A stretch of 63,925 nt of DNA, filler included, from Chiloscyllium plagiosum (GCF_004010195.1; 5 parts of one record of this genome joined end to end with filler, not necessarily neighbours in it); one strand, 5' to 3'; positions 48,459-61,559 are shown, numbered from the whole stretch's first letter. Numbers and translations are program-made. Notes: generated by a model not told the origin, from the letters alone.

Positions 48459-49587
48459 ACGCCAGCCATCAGCTTTAAGCACACAAATTTGCCTTTGACG
48501 CATTGTGATCAGAACACCCATCTCCCGTCTGTCTCTCCTCGTCACACTTTCCGGTATCTGGTCCTTATCCACGAGTCCTCTGGCTCATCAAGTGTTCAGC
48601 TACAGACTGCTGAAACGTTCTCATGACACTTAGCTTTACCACATGTGCAGATAATGATACCCAGGTAAACAATATTCTATAGGTGAAAGTATTATTCCTA
48701 AATCTCCTCCTTGTCTCCTGTTTTTCATTTATGTCACTCTGTTTCTTCCCAATACAGGCTTATCCCTGTCACGCATATTTATCCTCTTCATAAAATGAGC
48801 ACGTTAATCGGTTTCTCATTCAACCTACTCTGCGCTTAGAGTAACATCCCCAGCCTCGCTCGCGTACCTTCACAATGGGAGTGGTCAAGCCCTTGCCATT
48901 CTTTATCTCCTATAATATTCTCCTCCTGCAATCAGATGCTTCCACTATCTGGCGATTACAAAAGAAAAGCAAAGTTCTCAGAAGAAAAGCCAAAAGGTCT
49001 GAACAAAATCAACAGCTCCTGTCCATCTCTGATGAGAAAGGAAAGTTAACGCTTCGAGTCCAATGATACGTCTTCGGAACTGATAGGAAGGGTGCAAGTG
49101 TGAAGAATGTGTACGAAGGCGGACGGTTTCTAAAATGATTGAAGTCGATGTTGGGTCCTAATATTTGCATGGTCCGTCGGTGGAAAATGAGTTGCCCGTC
49201 TTCCAGCTTGTGTTGTATCTTGAAGGAGCACTGCAGTAGACCAGAGACTGCAATAATGGCCTGGGAACACAGTGTCTAGATTAGAGTGGTGCTGGAAAAG
49301 CACAGCAGTTCAGGCAGCATCTGAGGAGCAGTAAAATCGACGTTTCAGGCAACAGCCCTTCATCAGGAATACGGGCAGAGAGCCACAAAGGTGGGAACAC
49401 ATTGCAATGTTGTAGTTACAGGAGACTGGAAGATCCGGATAGTTTTTGTTGATTCTGGACAGAACGGAAGTGAGCTCAGCTTTGTCACCGACTCTGCTCT
49501 CCTCTCTCCATTGGAGCGAGGTCACATTCTGAGCAGGAAATACAGTTGCCTCGATTAAATGAAGTGCAGACAAATCTCTGGAAGATA

Positions 49588-49878
49588 TGGGCAGCACGGT
49601 GGCACAGTGAGACCCGGGTTCAATTCCCGCCTCAGGCGACTGACTGTGTGGAGTTTACACGTTCTCCCCGTGTCTGCGTGGGTTTCCTTCGGGTATTCCG
49701 GTTTCCTCCCACAGTCCAAAGATGTGCAGTTCAGGTGAATTGGCCATGCTAATTTGCCCATAGTGTTAGGTAAGGGGTAAATGTAGGGGTGTGGGTGGGT
49801 TGCGCTTTGGCGGGGCGGTGTGGACTTGTTGGGCCGAAGGGCCTGTTTCCACACTGTAAGTAATCTAATCTAATCTAA
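49588..49878 (+). mobile_element. HE1-type V-SINE with a deletion in the head
   Basis: About 30 nt are missing after GGCACAGT; the rest is intact. Confidence 0.9.
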
Positions 49879-49989
49879 TGTGACGAGAAACTTCCACAGT
49901 AAGGAGAGATATCGGAAACCAGCAGGAAATGCAACTTACAATACAGAACGTTACAATGCAGTACAGGTACTTCGGCCCTGGCTGTTGCT

Positions 49990-52031
49990 GTGACCTGTAA
50001 AATAATGTGATGTCCATTGTAATGGAAAACAAACATTTATTTTGTAACCATTAAATGCACAGGGAAACAAATAAGTTAGTACCTAACTTTGCAGAGGCAA
50101 GGGTTGCAGAGAGACTGAAAAAATTGTAAAGTTAAACCGAAATAATAGCAGACTTACAAGGCTAGTAAACTACCACATCAACAGTCTAGGAATGGGGGAG
50201 AAAAACAACTTTGTATCTGGAAAGTAACTCGAATGTTTCAGGCCCCTGCACTCGAGGTGTTGATAAGAAGAAGCGAATCTAGTATCAATGGAAAATGTAT
50301 TACTTGTGGAAGGTGAGCTAGTTACCTTTTTGGTAGATACAGGAGCAACAAATTCAGTCCTTAAATCAAGGCAGTTCAGAGAGTCGACGCAGTGGATGCA
50401 TGAGGAGTCATGATATGAGAGAGCTTAACCACACCCCTAATGTGCGGAACCGGCAATGGGGAAACATTCCAATTCTCATTACCATTGTCAGAAATCTGTC
50501 CTTTAAATCAGGTGGCTCGCGATCACATTCTGAGATTGGGGTCGTGTTGTGCAGTACCCCGAGAGGCTTGCAGGTAATATGAAAAGAAGATTTCCCAGCG
50601 CAAGCTGTAAATTATGACTCACGACCGTCATGCATCAGGATGCATGTCCATGAGTGGTGATTAAGCCAGAGAGCCATAAGTTCAGTAAGCGATTCGCTCG
50701 CTCAGCAAGCAAGTAACCATGTTAATTCCATTCACACAATATTTCTTGCTCGGTATATGGTGCACTGCTCAGCACATATACACCATGATGGCCCTTACAA
50801 ATCATATGAGAAGGATTGTTTGAGGAGATTGGTTAAACCAGATCAGTTAGTATTGTGCGAAGTTTATTGGAATGATCACAGATGTTCAGTCGGTGTAAAC
50901 TTATCCAAAGTATCTGTGACGGCAAGTAGACCCTATCCTTTTGATGTGGGTGGCACCTTTTCTCACGTACCACTGGCGAAGGCATCCAGCGACAAGTGGC
51001 AGGATTTGGGCCCAGCATTTTGTGACCATACGGTCACAAAACCGAAAGATTGTGTCTTCAGGAACGATATGCGTATTTGATTCAATGCAGATATAAGGAC
51101 AGATATGAAGAAACTAAATTGGCTAACTCAGGCAGGTTGGGCAGTCTAGGTAACCCCAGCCAAGCGGGTAGCCTGGCGATTAGCTATTGCAGATATCTCG
51201 GATCCAAGATTAAGAAGAGTCCCGACTGCGAGCAGAGCAAAAGGCAAACGTGATGTGGGGTTCATAAAAGCTGTGACCCATAAGAATAGCTCCGACGTCT
51301 GACGAAAGTCCATGCAGAACACAAAACCCGTTAAAACCCGAGGATGTCAAAGGATATCACTTTGCATCCCTCCTAAAGGCTTGAGTGATAATTCCCTGTG
51401 GGTAATCACTGGTGAGAGCCCCATTTTTCCGGTCAAAATGGCAAACATTCCAGGTGAATCAGGGAAACAGAGCTTTGTTCAGGACCTGCAGGTAGTCAAT
51501 TATGCTGTTGTTCCGCCCGTCCCGAATGTTCTTTATCCTTGTACGATATTTGCTCAAATTCCTCCTGACAGTAAATGATTCTCTGCTATGGATTTAGCAA
51601 AAGTCTTCTTTCGTGTACTGGTGCACCCAGAAAGTCACTTCTGGTTCACTTTTCCATTCAAAAGAAAATCGTGTACATTCACGCAAATTTGTCAAGATGA
51701 CTGTGAATCCCCACCATAATTAACGAGGCTCTATGCAGGAGTCTGGAGATTCATGTTTTAACCCCGGGGTCAGCGCTTCGGCAGTTTGTAGACGAATGCT
51801 TAATAGCAGCACCAACAGAGGAACAATGTGCGAAAGATACGCTTGCGTTGCTCTGCCATCTAGCCAGGAATGGGCACAAAGCCAGTTTCGCAAAACTACA
51901 ATTTGTGCAACAACAGTTGAAGTTCTTTGGTCAATTCTTACCTGAACAATGGAAGGCCAATGGTCAAGACAGAGTTCAAGCGATCCAGCAAATTCCAAAG
52001 CCTCACAATAAGAAACAATTGCTATCCTTTT
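49990..52031 (+). pseudogene. pol: ERV 3 pol fragment: protease, 2H-like domain, RT
   Basis: FLVDTGATNSVL and CPLNQVARD (protease). PIFPVK, FVQDLQVVN, FSAMDLAKVFF and QFVDECLIAAP (RT, decayed YVDD). Multiple stops and frameshifts. Confidence 0.85.
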
Positions 52032-52789
52032 NNNNNNNNNNNNNNNNNNNNNNNNNNNNNNNNNNNNNNNNNNNNTTAATTAATTAANNNNNNNNNNNNN
52101 NNNNNNNNNNNNNNNNNNNNNNNNNNNNNNNGGGGAAAACTTTGCAGATTAAGTTTCATGTCGGGAGTGTCAGGTTGGAAGAGTCAAAAAGCAGAGCATA
52201 TGAAAATAGAGGGAAAGTAGAAAAAACGTGTAGGACAGAGGAATCTGGAAGTTCTTGTGCCTAACAGAAACAAAGTTTTGTGTCTTTTCTTTTTCTGACC
52301 AACTGTATGGCCTCCTTTCCGAAAGCTTGCAATTAAAGAGATGGTTTCCCGAAAAAAGAACTATAAGTCGAAACTATAAAACTAAGACCAAGAAAAGACT
52401 GTGCCGTTCTATTGGACAACCTTGATGTGTATGGTTCTGTAAAATTTGTTTACAATCGACCCGGGAGTTGGAATGGTGGGAGCTCGGGAGTGGAAGTCAG
52501 GAGATCCATGATTACTGCCAACACTTATCTGTCTTCCTCACTTTTAGTAAGTTTTATTTTGCATTGTGGACCCTGTGAGTAAACTCAGGTGACGTATTTC
52601 CCTCACTGTTCCTCGTCACACCCCAAAAGAATTCAACGTTCTTATCTACTGCTTCTAGGTAACCGCTAAACGTTGTACAAATGTCACTAAAACTTCGACA
52701 TTTCCCACGTCTGTCTGCCTTCTTACAATGTCAATTGATTGATTACTGTGTTAGAAATGCACACATGAAGAGCAACGCAAAACAGCAGC

Positions 52790-52861
52790 AATCGACACTG
52801 GGTTGCGAACGCAGATGACTGCAGCCACATCTCAGAGTAGTGACAACTGTACGATCACAAA
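52790..52861 (-). pseudogene. tRNA-His(GTG) pseudogene
   Basis: GTGATCGTACAGT..TACTCTG.G.TGTGGCTGCAG..GTTCG aligns to tRNA-His. Confidence 0.7.
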
Positions 52862-53039
52862 CGCACGTACCGAACCGCCAGGAAACTCCATATAAGTACA
52901 CTGCCAGAAGCCGTGCGAGGCATAGAACCTGAAAAACAACAGAAATGCTCTTTTTGTCAATGGACCTGGCTGTATTTCTCAATCAGCAATCGAAGTTTAC
53001 ACTGGTGACATCAGCAGTTCCCTCAAACTACTGCTGCAG

Positions 53040-54060
53040 ACGGAGGAGAAAGTGAGGACTCTATGTGCTGGAGATCAGAGAAGTGAGTGTGGTACCGGAA
53101 AGAATAGCTGGTCAGGCAGTATCCGAGGAGCAGGGGAATCAAGGTTTTGGGTATAAGCCTGATGAAGTATTCATGTCCGAAACGTCGATTCTCCTGCTTC
53201 TTGCATCCTGCCTTACATGCTGTCCTTTTCCAGCAACAAACTCTCCACTGCCACAGACTGTCATATAATCCGAGTTCCCAGGCGCGGAATCAGAGAAGCT
53301 CAGTGCCCTGAGTACACCTACTGGGAACACCTCTCGTTGGCGTTTAGGGTCAAGTTGTTCTTCATGAATGCGGCTCTCGATTTGCCTGCCTCTGCGTCCT
53401 TTACAATGTTTTCTGCACTCCTTGCTTGGAGCATTGTTTGTCGACATGTGCACTGCACATGCAGGGTAGTGGGCATTTGTTCTGGTGAGTTGTTGGCTGA
53501 ACCTGGCTTTGGATTTATGCTCTCTCATAAATCTGAATGGTCAGAAGAGAGTGGCTGTCAGTTCTGAGATTTTTTTCATATATAAGGTAGAGTGCTTCGT
53601 GTGTCGGTTCATAGCATGTTCCCCGAGCGTTGTTTGTCTGCAATAATATTGCGGGAATATCTTTTGTTGGCAAAGCATTTCTGGAGAAGCCAGTGAACAA
53701 CACAGCTAGATTCTCTTGTCGCAATACACACAGTTCGACTGGGGCAACACAATAGGACAAGCCAAATAGAGGGCGGCCAGAAAATTTCTAGAAGGAAAAC
53801 ACCCATCCATGGACTCCATCAAGCTCGTTGAGCGAAACGCAACATACCGGGACCTGCAACGAACTACCAGTACTGACAAACCGAAGCAGTGGGAATGAAC
53901 TCAAATCAATTCCAAACGCCACAGGACAGCCACGCTTCACAGGACTTTCAGCAGCCCTGAAGATGTCGCCGAGAATGCGGAGGAAACGGCTGCAAACCAA
54001 CTGCCCAAAACCACCAAAAATCCCCAAAACCGCAACCTGCACTTCAATTACAAATCTTTA
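53040..54060. mobile_element. Penelope-like fragments (palindromic unit, GIY-YIG remnant on -, 3' end on +)
   Basis: 'ECRKHCKGRRGRQIESRIHE' is a decayed C..C..YIG.TGR.L..RI.EH. Hammerhead-like motifs at about 53158 and 53958. Confidence 0.65.
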
Positions 54061-54092
54061 AACAAAACTTGAAACTCCAAATCAGGCTGGGC

Positions 54093-54164
54093 TGCGCCAG
54101 CAAGGAAATGAACTCTGGAATCCTACGTGACATGTGAAGGTAATAAATAACACACGACAGAGGA
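54093..54164 (-). pseudogene. tRNA-Asp(GTC) pseudogene (decayed)
   Basis: TCCTC...TGTCACG..GGA..CC.G.GTTC..TTCC spaced as in tRNA-Asp. Confidence 0.5.
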
Positions 54165-55204
54165 GGTCAGAGCTCCCAAGCTCCCAGGTCTTTGTGCGTG
54201 TTCTTGTTAAAAATAACTGCTTGACTCTCCTCATCCCATTTTCCATCCTTTGGCCTTGTATGCTGTAAGCATTTCAAATTCACACATGAACATCTCAGAA
54301 GGTTATTGGGGTTTCTGCTACTTCGACACTGAGAGGCAGTGAGTTCCAGATTCTAAACACTCGCTGTCTGATGAAGTTTTCATTTGCATCTACTCAAACA
54401 TTCTTGCCTCTTAACTTAAATCTACGGTTCCCTGGTGATTGACGCCTCCATCAAAGGGAAATGTTTCCTTCAATCTGCCAAATTCAAACCCCTCATTATT
54501 TTCGACTTCCCAATCATGTTTCCTTTCAATCTTCCCTGCTCTCAAGAAAACAACTCCAGTCTGCCGAAACTATTTAATAGCTGCACTTCTTCAATCCAGA
54601 CAACATATTGATAAATCACTTCTGCACCGTTTTGATTACTGTCATATCACTTCTATAATGTGAATTGCAGAATTGTACACAATACCCTCGCGAGAGCAGA
54701 ATGATGATATGAAAGAAATTTGTAGAAACCACCGAAATTGGTCTTTTCCAATAAATCTCTTTCCTTCGATACTGTTCAGTGCCTTTTTCGTGAACCTGTT
54801 GCTCCAATAATCTCTGGTCGATGCAAATACAACACTATACAGGAGGATTGGTCATGCAGCCACCTTATCTGATTGCATTGAGTGTTCGAAGAACCTGATG
54901 GTGTTATTGGGGCACATTCACCGAGCAACAGTGACAGCTGCAGCACAGACTTAATGGGGTCAACATGAAAGTGAGTGTTAGACAGTGCAATGCATCTGTG
55001 ACATGGGAAGAGTGATGGAAATGGGGTATAGTGATTGTGAAAGGGAGCGAAATCTCCGATATTGGGTGAATTTGAATCCTGACATATGACACGCAATGAT
55101 GTCAGAGAGCAGACTGAAAAGTATTTTCCCATTAAAAATGTGTTGATTCTTTTCGGTGTTTGTTTCGCGAAGGTGATGTGGCATAAAATGGAACAAATGT
55201 GCAT

Positions 55205-55276
55205 TGCCTTTACTCGGAAATGAGCGGAATTTGTTGCGGCGACAACGCAGAGTACGAACCACGATATGATCACGAA
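55205..55276 (-). pseudogene. tRNA-His pseudogene (anticodon mutated to GTC)
   Basis: CGTGATCATATCGTGGTTCGTACTCTGCGTTGTCGCCGCAACAA...TCCGAGT..GGCA. The B box is destroyed. Confidence 0.8.
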
Positions 55277-56797
55277 ATAGCACGATGTAAAAAGCAAAAT
55301 ATGCAATGGCATAGTTAGGTGAGGAAAAGCAGCACATGCACAACACGAAAAGTTGCCACATACTGGATTGAGATTGGGTTGAATCTTCTTCTTCGATGTC
55401 CTCATAGACTGTGGAGTTTGCATCACTGAGAATGTTGAAGACTGAATCCGATAAGTTCTTACAAAAGATTAAATGTACAGGCGATAGTGCATGGTATTGT
55501 CGAAATGCAGTGTTCAGTAACACCGAAGTTTCACATTGTTACTTTATCAGTTCCATGAGACAAGGAAGTAAATATTGTTGCACGGTCAAATCACACCGGT
55601 TCCCAGGTCTGGAATCAGAGAAACTGATTGGCGCAGAGGCGAAGATCTAATTGGAAATGGGGAGTGGAATAAATGCCTGTATCTACTCTGTTGTCTTGTG
55701 ACGAAATCCATGAGCACTCAGCCCTTCTATGAAAGCATAGACGCGCGTGAAACGCTGAGGCTAGAAGCTCCAATCACAGCTGGAACAACTACTGTTCACA
55801 TGGTGAAGTAGAGGATTGGGACATCGGGCTGGGAGGTCGAACCTCAACTGTAGACGCTTCAAGTGACATGGCGCAGGGAGCACTGGTCTGGGGGAAAAGA
55901 TCTTGAACTATTTTAATCACAATTGAAATAGTTCCTGGCAGCACACATGATTGTGGATTGAGGAAGGATCTGCCCCAGGGAATTGTCTCATTTGTAAATA
56001 AATATTTTGGTAAGATTGAGCTAGTAAAGGAGTATCTGTTCAGTGAGAAAATGATTTAATTGTATCGCTCTCTCACATTTTTCGTATGTCTGACTCAACA
56101 GCCGGTTAACTTTCTGGAAGGGTTTTTAAAAATCTTTTTTTCATACTATTCAATTTCCTGCAAGCTTATTCGGTCCATTAAATTAATCTAAAAATCTCAA
56201 CATTAAAGGAGATATATGATGCTGAGATTCAGCTTGAGTTTCCCTCGAATTATGGAGGAAGAACAGGAGAGAGGAGGCGAAAATTAACTAGACAGACCGA
56301 GGGTGAAAGGAAGCTTCATGAGGACAAATGTGTTTTCTTTGCCAATAAAGCTGAGAGCGTCACAGTGTGGTGATGGCATCTGTGACAGGATTCCTTCCAA
56401 AGCCTCGGATCAATTCATCACCCCGAGAACATCAGTGTCAATGTGTCGGATTCTGACAGAAGGGGAAGATGCCTGGATAGTCCCTGATCTGTCCATCATT
56501 TCAGCCTTTATTCTCCTCTAATTCCGCTTCCCAATGAGTTTCTGAGGATTTTGAAAATTGAGATTGGGTATTTGTCGTGTCCTTGCCAGTCCCTGGAGCC
56601 GCAGGCATTGAGCAGCTGGGTTTGGTAAATAGAAAGTAGTAAGAACAAACTATTTCAGCTTCCACTTCTGTGGTGACCATGGTATACTCAAGGCATTTAT
56701 GGAAGGGATTCTTGCACTTGCATGCCAGGAATTAAATCCACATTTTAGACTCACAGGAAATCGCCATCAGTTTGTTAAAGCTGACAGGCCTTGCTGT

Positions 56798-56870
56798 CGA
56801 GCCAAAGAGGATTCCAACCTTCAATCTCCTGATCCGTAAACAGCTGCGTTACCCATTGCACCACTGGCCA
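56798..56870 (-). pseudogene. tRNA-Arg(ACG) pseudogene
   Basis: TGGCCAGTGGTGCAATGGGTAACGCAGCTGTTTACGGATCAGGAGATTGAAGGTTGGAATCCTCTTTGGCTCG. Confidence 0.8.
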
Positions 56871-57344
56871 GGATATTACAGCTTGCATTCATGCTGCAAA
56901 ACAGTGCTGTTAACAGGAATATGAACAACAACGCTCATGGTCACAAGTTGAATAACCAGCAAAGACAATCACTGTCACTGCTTCACGCCAATGGCCCCCA
57001 CTTTTTGAACAACAGACGCAAAGAAAACACGTCTGTCCCCATGAAACTAACATTCACCCTATATCTGCGCGACCAGTCAATGTGATTAATGCTAAACTGA
57101 TAAATTTCAATCCCAGTTATTTACTTTTAGTAAATAAATCGAAGTAAACTCGAGTGTAATCACGACAGTAGATGTTCCAGTTGATTTTCGGATCTTTAGA
57201 TTACTTTAACGACCTGTGCGAGTTCGCAGAAAAATCGATAATATGAAACAAGCTAAAACTCGCTTCTGTAAATTTAAGTCAGTGCAGAGTCAGCCTATGA
57301 CAAAGGTCACGGAGCGAACAAATTGCTTCTGTTTCTCTCTGAAC

Positions 57345-57625
57345 AGATTAGGTTCCCGACAAACGGGAAACAGGCCATTTGGCCAAACAACTGCACACTG
57401 ACCGTTCAAAGAGTAACCCACAAGATCCATTCCCATATAAGTAATGCACCTACCAGTTATGGCAATTTTGCATGGTCAATGCAACTGACCATTTTTATAT
57501 TGTGTGAGGTGAACAGCGAACCCGGAAAAAGCCCCCACATATTCATGGAGAATGTTTTAACAGTCGCCCAATGCTGGAATCGAACCCGATCAATGGCGCT
57601 TCGTGGTTGCAGAAATAACCACTGA
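57345..57625 (-). mobile_element. Decayed V-SINE
   Basis: Remnant head, V-domain and tail motifs. Confidence 0.6.
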
Positions 57626-58847
57626 ACTCCTCCACGAGTTGAATCTTTGCAGGATTTCTCTTTATAAGTGAGACATTTACCTTGGGAAACATATTCCCTC
57701 AATCCTCAAATATGTGTCCTGCTAAAAACTATTTCACTTTAGATTAAAATTGCTGAGCATCCTTTCCCTCAGATGTCCCAATGCCCCCTTCTAAACATCA
57801 ATAGAAGCTGCTTATGGTGTATTTCAATCTCTAAGCATGATGTTCAAATGGTCCTTGCTCCATGCCAATAAGAACTGCAGCTGGCGAGGTTGGACCTGAC
57901 AGCCTGACGCCCCAGTGCTTCCTTCTCAATGTCAGTAAAAACGGCAGCAAATGAGGTTGGAGCTCCCAGCCTGATATTTCCATAAGTTTTGCTGCTCCAT
58001 GTCAAAACATGTTGGTCCACGTGAGGCTCAAACCCCCACCCTAATGTCAACTTGCTCCCTGCTCCACAACAATAGAAGGTATTCCGGGTGAGTTTGGAGA
58101 TCCCAGTCTCGGCATTTCACGCACCTCTGTACCGCCAGAGAAGCACATCATTGTTGGCTTCCTCCATCCCCATTTCCACCTGGACCTTCGGGGTTGCACG
58201 ACTCACTACAGCCTCACCCACCCCCACTATTTATCTGGACGTAGGCTTGCTCGCTGATTTGCTCGTCAATCTTCAGTGGGCCTTCGGGAGAAGCACTGCT
58301 GCTGATTCCTGCTTTGTATTTATACATTTCTTTGTTCGAGGTGACAAAACGTGTTTTTTTATTGTTGTTTGCTCTCTCTCTCCTGAGTCGTTTTAACGCC
58401 ACTTGTTGATGACTGAATCAAAGAGGTATTTCACCGGAACTGCATGTCCCTCCGTTTCCTATTCCTCCCTGTTTAGACGTTTCTGAGATGAATGAAACAA
58501 AATTGATACGTAGTCATTCATAAGAAAGACTAGCATTTCCTCAGTTTCAGTTCCAACATGCCTTAGATTTCAGAGCGACCACATGAGAGCGTGAGTCAAG
58601 CAGTTCATCTGTGGAAGTAAATCTTTTCATTCCTGTTGCTGACCGAATAAACGGGAAATGTGCACTGTGCTTAAAATCGCGAAAATGTGAATTGCTGCCA
58701 ATCATGAATAAGGATTTCTGGTTTTGTTTCACAAAGGTTGAGAAAAGGCAGACAACGCCCATATCAGGCATTTCACACTCTAGATTTGGATGCAGTTGAC
58801 AGAGAACATACATCAGAATCCAATGTTCGTTGTGACCCCAGCAAATG

Positions 58848-59689
58848 AGATTTCCCCTTGATACTGAACCAGGCCACCTTCGCATGTAAAACAAATGCGG
58901 TATGACTGGTGCAGAAGTGATCAATGCCCGGTAACTGGCCTTACACAGCACGGCCATCCAAGGTGTACAATTTGACTTCTATTTCGGAACAGGGAGGACA
59001 GAAAATTAGCAGAGAAAGTGATTTTGGAAAAGCACAGCAGGTCGGAGCAGCAGGAGAATCGACGATTCTGGCTTAAGCCCTTCATCATCTCCAATCCTCT
59101 TTCCCCGAGGAGAATAAAACATAACAAAGTTTCACAGTAATTAATTCGAATTAATTATATTCCTTTGCACCACGGCAGCAGATATGAGCGTGCAAATTCC
59201 AAGACAGTTTTGCTGATGAGAATATCAAACACGGATGCTCTGTTCACGTCAACCCAAAAGGCTACCGTGTGTAAAAATGGAACAAAGATGTTTCTGCCTC
59301 GTTTTGAACCGGGGATGTCCCGTATCTGATGGGAATATCGGCTGCGAAAATTTTCTCTGGGGCACTGAGGCGAAATGGAGCTCGTACCTTCCCTTTTAAG
59401 CAGGATAGCCACACGTTCTGCAGACATCAGTGCATATTCAGGATCGCTGCAGAGACAAATTTGAGAAAAAGGAATTCATGCAGCAATTATTTGCAATTGT
59501 GTCCCTTTTCGCTATTAAAGTAATGATGGGCGACTAAATTCAATTCGAGGTTTGCTAAAGAGACTGCAATAAATCCCCATCCACCACAATCCGGAAGCCT
59601 GTCGCCCATAAGGAAGGAACAACAATGATTCTGCCCGTCTCTGAAAACGGGAACTTTCGCAGAAGCTGATACTTCTTCTCTACAGAAAG
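58848..59689 (-). pseudogene. Three decayed tRNA-Val remnants (58848-58918, 59289-59351, 59626-59689)
   Basis: 3' halves resemble GCGAAAGGTCCCCGGTTCGAAACCGGGCGGAAACA. The third copy also retains TTTCTGTAG..TATCA. Confidence 0.5.
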
Positions 59690-60334
59690 AATCAGGGCTC
59701 GCCGACTGCTCTTTTAAAAATAGTTCCCGTCCGTGGTGGAAACATCCGTGCATATTCAGAACAAGGAAGAATAGATGACGAAGAAAATCGTACACAACAA
59801 TTAATTGGACTTGTATTCCCTTTCATGACAGCGGCAGGAATGGGCTGGGACAACAAAAGGAAAGTTTACTTGCAAGATCAGCAAACAATAAGATCGACCC
59901 ATGTTCAGAAACAAGCCTATCGTTCTTTGCGCAGGACAATAGAAGCAGGGATACTTCATGTTGGAGGTGAACGTGATAACCGCTCCCCCACAGACACACA
60001 GCGGAGCCAGTGACTTGTCCCCACCTTCCCCCCCAACACAAGTGGTGATTGCCTTGCTCACGGGAGATCTTGTTTGCCGTACTGGCATCATACCAAATTC
60101 GGTAACACACAGAAACATTGTAACAAGCTGCCAAGACACACAGAGGGGGCCGAGTTCAGACCCACGTTGGAAAACGCACTGGATCCTAAAATCAGATAGA
60201 GTAAGCATTGCAGGAAGAATGCTGGAGAATGGTGTTGAGATCCACATCTGCCATGATCACAAGGCGGAGCATACTAGATGATTTGAAAGGCCTCACCTTC
60301 TGGTCTCTGGCCATCAGTAACGTAACAAGACAAC

Positions 60335-61102
60335 CTCTCACACTCACAACGCGCATCCCTCCAATCCCTCTGCTCTAATCCTAACCTCACCATCAAGCCA
60401 GCGGATAAAGGGGGTGCAGTGGTAGCCTGGCGCACTGACCTCTACACCGCTGAAGCCAAACGCCACTCGAGGACAGCTCTTCCTACTGCCCCCTCGACGA
60501 TGACCCCACCCCCATCACCAAACCATCATCTGCCAGACCATAGAGACCCTTATCACCTCAGGAGATCTCCCACCCACAGCTTCCAACCTCATAGTCCGGG
60601 AATCCCACACTGCCTGGTTCTACCTCCTTGCCAAGATCCACAAGCCTGACCACCCTGGCCGACCCATTGTCTCAGCATGCTCCTGCCCCACTGAACTCAT
60701 CTCCACCTACCTCGACACTGTCCTATCCCACCTAGTTCTGGAACTCCCCACATACGTTCGAGAAACCACTCACGCCCTCCACCTCCTCCAAGACTTCCGT
60801 TTCCCCGACCTCCAACGCCACATCTTCACCATGGATATCCAATCCCTCTACACCTCCATCCGCCATGACCAAGGCCTACAAGCCCTGCGTTTCATCCTCT
60901 CCAGACGTCCCCAACAGCACCTTTCCACCGACACTTTCATTCGTTTGGCCGAACTGGTCCTCACCCTTAACAATTTCTCTGTTGAATCCTCCCACTTCCT
61001 CTAGACTAAAGGGGTAGCCATGTGCACACGTATGGGCCCCAGCTATGCCTGTTTCTTTGTTGGCTACGTAGAACAGTTGATATTCCGTAATTACACCGGC
61101 AC
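60335..61102 (+). mobile_element. Penelope-like element reverse transcriptase fragment
   Basis: IKPADKGGAVV, YLLAKIHK..PGRPIVS, MDIQSLYTSI and GVAM.T.MGPSYA; frameshifted. Confidence 0.9.
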
Positions 61103-61559
61103 NNNNNNNNNNNNNNNNNNNNNNNNNNNNNNNNNNNNNNNNNNNNTTAATTAATTAANNNNNNNNNNNNNNNNNNNNNNNNNNNNNNNNNNNNNNNNNN
61201 NNGTCAATGTGGACTTGATAGACGGAATGTCCTGCTTCCACACTGTAGAGATTCTACAAAAACAACAAGAAGTTTGGACGATACAAACACCCAGTGGGTA
61301 TCTGTATGATCACTCTCCTCTAGGTTTTGTATATTTCAATAAGATCGCCTCCCATTCCAAGAGTAACCTGTTAAAGCCTTCATAATATAAGACCATCATT
61401 CCTGGAATACATGACGTGAAACATTTCGGAACTGCTTCCAATTTAATTATATCCTTTCTCAGGTAAGGAGACTAAAATAATCTCACCCACAGATCAGGTT
61501 AATTTTTGTTTTCTCAGTGGTAAGAGTACTTGGAACTCTCTTCCCCGCAGATCATTGGA

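Noticed and set aside
54776..55523. Overlapping 216-aa and 181-aa minus-strand ORFs, including an exon-like 'VYEDIEEED' piece
   Set aside because: They run across a tRNA-His remnant, have no recognisable domain, and have no supporting neighbouring exons.
58010..58095. Possible additional tRNA-Ile(TAT) remnant on - (also weak tRNA-like traces at about 30070-30170, 31290, 34810 and 47480)
   Set aside because: Only fragments align; they are too decayed to call without a covariance-model search.
20446..61202. Recurrent palindrome TTAATTAATTAA between N runs (20490, 42026, 52076, 61147)
   Set aside because: It is an identical 100-nt synthetic spacer with stops in six frames, so it is a concatenation artefact. 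Adjacency across these spacers is meaningless.
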